A stretch of 64,000 nt of DNA. Origin: a virus. This document shows, piece after piece, positions 58,212-64,000 of this stretch. Under the pieces are notes generated by a model that did not search any database, was not told the DNA's origin, and saw only the letters and a program-made list of their open reading frames with translations. The translations under genes and the position numbers were made by a program. The stretch is from the IMG/VR virus record IMGVR_UViG_3300028920_000040, positions 1-64,000 of that record; one strand, 5' to 3'. Numbering within the stretch: the stretch's first letter is position 1; every line of letters starts with the position of its first letter.

Positions 58212-59486
58212 ATGAGATTTGCTTCTTATTACTATTTAAGAGAGGATACACGTCCTCTCTTTTTATTAGAAGGGGGTGCTTACGGGCACCTGACACATCC
58301 CTTCGAAGATATTGATCTTACATTTGAAGATGTTAAAAAGATGATCAAAGCAGGTCTTCGCGGTGAGTTAAAAACTACACAAGAAAAAACAGACGGGCAA
58401 AATTTACTTGTAACATGGAAAGACGGCCGTCTTCACGCCGCTAGAAATAAAGGACATCTTAGAAACTTTGGTAGAGATTCTTTAACAAGAGAAGAATTAG
58501 AAAGTTTCTTTGAAGGAAGAGGCGCAATTAAAGATGCTTTTTCTTTTGCAATGCGCGATCTTGAAAATGCTCTCAATGCACTACCAGACGAAAAGACAGA
58601 CGAAATGTTTGGTAATGGTAAAAAGTTTATGTCTATTGAGATCATTTATCCTGAAACAGAAAATGTTATTCCTTATGAAACAGAAATGATTATTCCTCAT
58701 GGTTTAATAGAATTTGATGAAGAGGGAAATTCTATTTCAGAAGATAAAGAATCTGCAAGAGAATTATTTAAAACAATACAGAAGACAAATGCAGACATAC
58801 AAAAGACATTTAAGCTTCGCCCTCCACATGATATTGAAGGACTTAAGGTTGTAAGGTCCGATGATACAGAAAAACAATTATTTGATATAATAAATAAACG
58901 TATTGCAAAATTTGGTCTTTCTGATAAGGATACTATTGGAAGATATGTAGAAGAATATTTTGAAAAGATAATAGAAGAAAAAGCAGATAGTTTTGATTAT
59001 GATATTCCAAGACATGTTGCAAACGAAATAGTAACAAGATGGGCTAGAAACGATAAGTCATATGGAATCTCTCAAATCAAAAAAGATATAGATAATAAAG
59101 AATTTAAAGAGTGGTTCTCCGCAAATGATAAACATGCTGGTGAAGAAGTTAATAATTCTTTATATTGGCTTAAGAAAATCTTTAGAATATTTGGTGTTGA
59201 GTTGTTAAAGAATATGACAAAATTCTTGGCATTAAATCCTCAAGATGCTTCTAAAAAGATTAAGGAAAAGTTAGATAAAGAAATTGAAGAAATTAAATCT
59301 AGTAATGATGAAGGAGCTATAAAGAAGCTTGAAGCTCTTTTGAAAAAATTAGATGATATTGGTGGTTTTGATTCTGTAATTCCTACTGAAGGAATAACAT
59401 TCTTTTATAATGGCAAACTTTATAAAATTACTGGTGGATTTGGTCCTATTAATCAAATTCTTGGAATAAGGAAGTTTGCAAGATGA
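58212..59486 (+). CDS. Nucleotidyltransferase/RNA-ligase-fold-like protein (DUF6267-like)
   Basis: EGGAYGHLTHPFED, EKTDGQN (KxDG motif I-like), EIIYP, PTEGITF..YKITGGF. Confidence 0.55.
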   Translation: MRFASYYYLREDTRPLFLLEGGAYGHLTHPFEDIDLTFEDVKKMIKAGLRGELKTTQEKTDGQNLLVTWKDGRLHAARNKGHLRNFGRDSLTREELESFFEGRGAIKDAFSFAMRDLENALNALPDEKTDEMFGNGKKFMSIEIIYPETENVIPYETEMIIPHGLIEFDEEGNSISEDKESARELFKTIQKTNADIQKTFKLRPPHDIEGLKVVRSDDTEKQLFDIINKRIAKFGLSDKDTIGRYVEEYFEKIIEEKADSFDYDIPRHVANEIVTRWARNDKSYGISQIKKDIDNKEFKEWFSANDKHAGEEVNNSLYWLKKIFRIFGVELLKNMTKFLALNPQDASKKIKEKLDKEIEEIKSSNDEGAIKKLEALLKKLDDIGGFDSVIPTEGITFFYNGKLYKITGGFGPINQILGIRKFAR

Positions 59487-59941
59487 CAATTTTAGAAAAC
59501 GTACAATTAATACTTGATAAGAAAAATGATCCTTTAAGAGACGATGGTATCATAGAAATTCGTGGTAAAAATATAATTGATGATGAAAATCTTGATTATA
59601 AAAAACTTGGAGGAAATGTTTCTTTCGATCCAATTGAAATAAAGTTTCTTGAAAAAGAATATCATTTTAAGCCAATAAAAATAGGTAAATCTTTTGCTGA
59701 ATGGGTTTGGTCAGACGAAGAAAACAAAAAAACGATTGTAAGAGTTACTAAAAAAAGTTGGAAAGGAAAGTCTGGAAAATACATATATGATGTATCTCAA
59801 TCCGGATCAGTTGAAAAGTGGCAAGATAAACATAAGAATAAGTTTCTTAGTGTAGATAGAGATGTATTTTCAACTCCATTTGATGAACCTAGTAAAAACG
59901 CATTTAGAAAATTTTTAAATACAGTAGGAATATTTGAATGA
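59483..59941 (+). CDS. Hypothetical protein
   Basis: Translationally coupled ORF (ATGA overlaps on both sides). Confidence 0.6.
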   Translation: MTILENVQLILDKKNDPLRDDGIIEIRGKNIIDDENLDYKKLGGNVSFDPIEIKFLEKEYHFKPIKIGKSFAEWVWSDEENKKTIVRVTKKSWKGKSGKYIYDVSQSGSVEKWQDKHKNKFLSVDRDVFSTPFDEPSKNAFRKFLNTVGIFE

Positions 59942-60528
59942 AATTTCAAAAGTTTTATGAATCAAAAAAGAAAACTCCTGTAGTAGTATTTGCAGGACGT
60001 TTTCAGCCTTTTCATGTCGGTCATAAAGAAACTTATGATAATTTAGTTGAAAAGTTTGGAAAGGATAATGTTTATATAGCAACTTCTAATAAAGTAGAAT
60101 TGCCAAAATCTCCTTTTAGATTTGCTGAAAAAAGAAAAATTATAAGGAAGATGTTTAAGATTCCTTCTGATAAAATAGTTCAGGTTAAAAATCCATATGC
60201 TCCTTTAGAAGTATTAGAAAAATATCCTAAAAATTCTGCATATGTTGCTGTTGTTGGAAAGAAAGATGCTGATCGATTGATGAAGGGCAAATATTTTGAT
60301 ATGTATAAGGACGATATTCCCCTTGATAAATACGAAGATAAAGGTTATATTTACGTGGCTCCACAAAATACAAAGTTCTTTAATGGAAAGCGTATCACAG
60401 GAACTCTTGTAAGAGAGGTATTGAAGGATGGTTCAGCCGAAGATAAGATGGATTTATTTAATGAACTATATCCAAAATTTAATCAGGAAATATTTGATTT
60501 AGTAATAAATAAAATTAGAGGAGAATAG
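59938..60528 (+). CDS. HxGH cytidylyltransferase-superfamily nucleotidyltransferase
   Basis: VFAGRFQPFHVGH, SPFRFAEK, VGKKD, ITGTLVRE. Confidence 0.85.
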   Translation: MKFQKFYESKKKTPVVVFAGRFQPFHVGHKETYDNLVEKFGKDNVYIATSNKVELPKSPFRFAEKRKIIRKMFKIPSDKIVQVKNPYAPLEVLEKYPKNSAYVAVVGKKDADRLMKGKYFDMYKDDIPLDKYEDKGYIYVAPQNTKFFNGKRITGTLVREVLKDGSAEDKMDLFNELYPKFNQEIFDLVINKIRGE

Positions 60529-60529
60529 A

Positions 60530-61018
60530 ATGAGTTTCAAGGATTATTTCAGAAAGAAAATAGACGAAGTTAAATTAGGAAATATGTTTCCTGTTAGAAA
60601 AATTCCTGTTGACTTTAAGCAGTGGCAATACCCAAAGGAACACAAAACTCTTCCTTTTAATGACCATGAAATTTCTGTTATAAGGGAAATAATCAATCGA
60701 AGCGAAGATACTGTATATCCTGTTAATATAATGGTTTCAAAAGATAAGACGACTATTTTACTTCAATGGGAAGAGTATATGGACCCAGCTTCAGGAAATT
60801 CTGGAGCTTTATATAAAATTGATGGTGGAGATAAAAAATATTATTGGGCATCATTTCAAAGACCTGAAGAAATGGGTTGGGGACAAGAAACCGATCCTGA
60901 AAGGTCTACTTCAAAAGACGATATAAAAAATTATAGCTTCTCTCCTGAAAAGGAAGACGATATTCTTAAACTTCGTAAGCTTATAGTCATTCATGCAAGG
61001 CCTGGAAGAAATATATAA
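60530..61018 (+). CDS. Hypothetical protein with leader MSFKDYF
   Basis: RBS GAGGAG, tightly packed ORF. Confidence 0.6.
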   Translation: MSFKDYFRKKIDEVKLGNMFPVRKIPVDFKQWQYPKEHKTLPFNDHEISVIREIINRSEDTVYPVNIMVSKDKTTILLQWEEYMDPASGNSGALYKIDGGDKKYYWASFQRPEEMGWGQETDPERSTSKDDIKNYSFSPEKEDDILKLRKLIVIHARPGRNI

Positions 61019-61022
61019 TTCA

Positions 61023-61051
61023 TTGACAAATATGATAAAAAATATTATTTT
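61023..61051 (+). promoter_or_regulatory. sigma70-like promoter TTGACA-N17-TATTTT upstream of the second glycosyltransferase cluster
   Basis: ttgacaaatatgataaaaaatattatttt shares TTGACAAA and AAAATATTATTTT at identical spacing with 5362-5390. Confidence 0.65.
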
Positions 61052-61085
61052 TAATGTAAAGAAGTGTTTTCATTTAACATTTTTA

Positions 61086-61262
61086 ATGTTAATATTTTCT
61101 GCATTTTTAAAATGCGGACCTGTTATGACTTATTATACTTCTAACGAAAAAGAAATAGGAAATATACAGTACTTTCCAGAATTTGACAAAGTATTAGATA
61201 CAACGATATATAATAGTGGTGAAAATAAAATATACGGAGTTAGATACAGAATTAAAAAATAA
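61086..61262 (+). CDS. Possible small hypothetical protein (start uncertain)
   Basis: Open frame 60993-61262 with a hydrophobic N-part and no clear RBS. Confidence 0.3.
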   Translation: MLIFSAFLKCGPVMTYYTSNEKEIGNIQYFPEFDKVLDTTIYNSGENKIYGVRYRIKK

Positions 61263-61287
61263 TAATTGAAATATTGAAGGAAAGTAT

Positions 61288-62076
61288 ATGATCAGAATAA
61301 TTTCTGGTTGGTCAAATCCCGGCGGATCGACCACCGCATTTATTAACCTCACAAACGCACTTAATGAAGTAGGATACGAAACTATATTTTGCGGTCCTCA
61401 TAATTGGCATTTAAACAAATGTCGTGCTGAACAAACTGTTCCCGGTACTAAACTTAAAATACACAAAGACGATTCCTTAATTATTCATTTCATGAATAAA
61501 TTTCAAGTCAGACCTCCTGTTAAAAAATTTATATTAAGTTCTCATGAACAAGATATACTTCCTATTAAAAATCTCAATTATAAAATATTTGATAAAATTC
61601 ATTTTGTAAGTACTCATCAAAAAGAATATCATGATGTAGACCATCCTCATTTTATATTACCAAATATATTGGACGATCTTAAACCAGGTAATAAACCAAA
61701 TAGCAAGGTCGGCGGCATCATAGGATCAATAGATGGAAATAAAAGAGTACATCAATCGATTAGAAATGCATTAAAAGATGGTTGTGAGAAGGTACTTATC
61801 TTTGGTAATATATCCGATCCTTGGTATTGGCAGAATAAAGTAAAGTGTTTAATTGATGGAAGCAAAGTTGTTTATTGTGGATATGTAGATGATAAACAAA
61901 AAATATATAATATGATAACAGATGTATATCATTCTTCTAAACTTGAAACATGGGGATATATTAAGGGAGAATGCAAACTTACAAATACAAATTATCATGG
62001 AAATAATTCGACTAATGGATATTGGGAAATGGATAAAGAAAAAATAATTGATTCTTGGACAAAGGAGCTGGCATGA
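61288..62076 (+). CDS. GT-B (GT4-like) glycosyltransferase
   Basis: SGWSNPGGST N-terminal GG motif, IGSIDGNK, ETWGYIKGE (E-x7-E). Confidence 0.75.
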   Translation: MIRIISGWSNPGGSTTAFINLTNALNEVGYETIFCGPHNWHLNKCRAEQTVPGTKLKIHKDDSLIIHFMNKFQVRPPVKKFILSSHEQDILPIKNLNYKIFDKIHFVSTHQKEYHDVDHPHFILPNILDDLKPGNKPNSKVGGIIGSIDGNKRVHQSIRNALKDGCEKVLIFGNISDPWYWQNKVKCLIDGSKVVYCGYVDDKQKIYNMITDVYHSSKLETWGYIKGECKLTNTNYHGNNSTNGYWEMDKEKIIDSWTKELA

Positions 62077-62804
62077 TAAGAATTCTTACCACTTTTTATA
62101 ATTCAGAATTATATTTTCCAAAAACGGTTATTAGTTTAAGAAATCAAACTATTAAAGATTGGAAATGTTATGTTACAGACGATATGTCTTCAAGAAGAGC
62201 CAGAACATTTTTAGAATCTACTGTTGGATGGGATGATAAATTTGAAATTATTTATAATGATAAAAAAATGTGGCAGTCTGGAAATTATTGGCAAGTTTTA
62301 CAGAAAGAAGAAATAGATGATAATGATATTTGTATAACACTTGATGGCGACGATTGGTTTCCGGACAATAAAGTTCTTGAAAGAGTGTTGAAGTATTATG
62401 AAGATAATAATACTTGGATGACATTTGGACAGTTTCTTTATTATGATAAGGGCGGAAAAACAAGAATGGGATTTTCTAGAAAACCAAATCTGTTTTCAGA
62501 AGCACGTAGACTTCCTTGGACATCTACTCATCTTAGAACATTTAAAGCTTTTCTATATAGAAAAGTTGATAAAAAAGATTTGATTGATCCATCGACAGGA
62601 TGTTTTTGGCAAATGGCAGGAGATGTTGTAACATTTAGTCCGATGCTAGAAATGGCTGGTGAAGACAGAGTTAAATATTATAACGATATTAATTATGTAT
62701 ATAATGTTGAGACAGATATGAATGAGTTTAAAACTGATCTTGGACTGTCTACTAGAATAACTAGAGACATTGCAAATATGAAAAAATATGAAAGGATTGA
62801 ATAA
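62073..62804 (+). CDS. GT2-family glycosyltransferase
   Basis: TTFYNSE, VTDDMS, TLDGDDW, THLRTFKA. ATG 62073 overlaps the upstream TGA. Confidence 0.8.
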   Translation: MIRILTTFYNSELYFPKTVISLRNQTIKDWKCYVTDDMSSRRARTFLESTVGWDDKFEIIYNDKKMWQSGNYWQVLQKEEIDDNDICITLDGDDWFPDNKVLERVLKYYEDNNTWMTFGQFLYYDKGGKTRMGFSRKPNLFSEARRLPWTSTHLRTFKAFLYRKVDKKDLIDPSTGCFWQMAGDVVTFSPMLEMAGEDRVKYYNDINYVYNVETDMNEFKTDLGLSTRITRDIANMKKYERIE

Positions 62805-62845
62805 TGATTGATAGTTTAATTTTTTCAAAGAAGGAAAGAAAATAA
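62804..62845 (+). pseudogene. Remnant gene start (MIDSLIFSKKERK*) duplicating the 5' end of the 63660 gene
   Basis: gatagtttaattttttcaaaga vs gattgtttaattttttccaaaga at the start of 63660 (MKIDCLIFSKDR). Confidence 0.55.
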
Positions 62846-62846
62846 T

Positions 62847-63650
62847 ATGATTAGGGATGAAATATTTGATATAAGAATTTCAGATAACAATTGTGAAGTT
62901 GTTTATGTCAATAGAATTATTGATAATATAATTAGTTTGAGTGATTTAAATAAGTTAAAAGAATATAAATTCATTGTTACAGATTGTTTAACGGAGATTG
63001 ATAAAAATTCAGAAAAAATAATTGTTATATTGACTGGAGATGAACATTATAGAAATCCTAATTATTTAAATCGTGTCCATTCTGTGTTTAAAAATTATGT
63101 ATATAACGAACAAGATAATTTATTTGCTATTCCATTAGGATATAATAAATATCAATTAGATATACCACACAAACCAATTTCTGAAAGAAAAATAGATGTG
63201 TTTTTTTCTGGACAAGTTAAAATATTTAATAGATACGATTTAATGAATACATTTAGTAATCCATCTACATTACAATGCTATAATAATTTTATCAATAGGA
63301 CAAATGGTTTTCGTCAAGGATTATCTCCTAAAGATTATTCAAATACAATGATGAACTCAAAAATAGCATTATGTCCAGATGGTAATATAAGTTCAGAAAC
63401 TTTTAGATTTTTTGAAGCAATGAGATATGGTTGTGTGGTAGTGACAACTAAAAAGCCAAAAAATTATATTTACGAAAATATGCCAGCTATAGTAATTGAT
63501 AATTGGGAAAGTAGTGTTGAAATAATAAAAGATTTGCTTCAAGATGAAGATAGAATGTTAAATTTAAGTAATAAGTCTTTACGATATTGGAATGATATTT
63601 GTTCTGAGAAATCTGTAGCTAAATTTATACTATCAAAAATTAAATTTTGA
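62847..63650 (+). CDS. Exostosin/GT47-like glycosyltransferase
   Basis: IPLG, DVFFSGQ, SKIALCPDGNISSETFRFFEAMRYGCVVV. Confidence 0.75.
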   Translation: MIRDEIFDIRISDNNCEVVYVNRIIDNIISLSDLNKLKEYKFIVTDCLTEIDKNSEKIIVILTGDEHYRNPNYLNRVHSVFKNYVYNEQDNLFAIPLGYNKYQLDIPHKPISERKIDVFFSGQVKIFNRYDLMNTFSNPSTLQCYNNFINRTNGFRQGLSPKDYSNTMMNSKIALCPDGNISSETFRFFEAMRYGCVVVTTKKPKNYIYENMPAIVIDNWESSVEIIKDLLQDEDRMLNLSNKSLRYWNDICSEKSVAKFILSKIKF

Positions 63651-63659
63651 GGAGCTTCT

Positions 63660-64000
63660 ATGAAAATCGATTGTTTAATTTTTTCCAAAGACAGAGCTTG
63701 TCAATTAGATTTATTATTAAGAAGCATTAAGGATAATTTTGAAGAAATACATCCTATCATTTTGTTTAAACAAACGAATGAAAATTACAAGCTTGGATAT
63801 GAGAAAGTCAATTCTTATCATTCTGGTTATGAATGGATTGAAGAAGAATCTTTTGTTCCTGATTTAAGAAAAATTGTTTCTACATTTAGAAATCAATTTT
63901 TTTTGGTCTTAGTTGATGATGAAATTGTAATAAGAGATTATCCTATTAAGAATGCTATGTATGCATTAGAATTAAATAACGATCTTCATTGTGTTTCATT
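63660..64000 (+). CDS. GT-A-type glycosyltransferase, 3'-truncated by window edge
   Basis: RBS GAGGAG. MKIDCLIFSKDRACQLDLLLRSI...FLVLVDD. Open to the window end. Confidence 0.65.
   Translation, partial: MKIDCLIFSKDRACQLDLLLRSIKDNFEEIHPIILFKQTNENYKLGYEKVNSYHSGYEWIEEESFVPDLRKIVSTFRNQFFLVLVDDEIVIRDYPIKNAMYALELNNDLHCVS

Noticed and set aside
1-64000. Alternative genetic code (stop-codon reassignment) as seen in some large phages
   Set aside because: Core genes are full length in code 11, and TAA, TAG and TGA all terminate genes at expected positions.
1-64000. tRNA genes, group I introns or inteins in terminase/capsid/sheath
   Set aside because: No cloverleaf or T-loop motif seen in the short intergenic gaps. 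gp17, gp18, gp20 and gp23 are contiguous and of normal length, without intein motifs.

Overview
AT-rich, gene-dense segment of a large T4-like (Tevenvirinae/cyanomyovirus-style) myophage. All credible genes are on the + strand in the standard genetic code. The core is a near-complete virion module: portal gp20, protease gp21, scaffold gp22, major capsid gp23, neck gp13, gp15, terminase gp16/gp17, sheath gp18, tube gp19, hub/tape-measure genes, gp53, gp5, gp25, gp6, tail fibres, gp3 and regA, with many T4-type late promoters (TATAAATA). The most striking content is a candidate virion-glycosylation system with four parts. (i) A giant ORF (open from the window edge) ends in about 1,400 residues of nearly pure Ser/Glu repeat. 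(ii) It is followed directly by a Maf/GT42-like + GT8-like glycosyltransferase and a sugar-modifying cluster. (iii) Two paralogous DxD glycosyltransferases sit among the fibre/baseplate genes, and a second glycosyltransferase cluster at the right end shares a near-identical sigma70-type promoter with the first. (iv) Surface-exposed structural proteins are conspicuously studded with a (T/V/L/I)-S-(A/G) tripeptide that could be a glycosylation sequon. Also noted: a compact structured-RNA candidate before a truncated HNH gene, a possible +1 frameshift at the hub-chaperone junction, shared capsid-targeting-like peptide motifs, an unannotated acidic microprotein and a duplicated gene-start scar. 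All family calls come from motif recognition by eye, not database searches.
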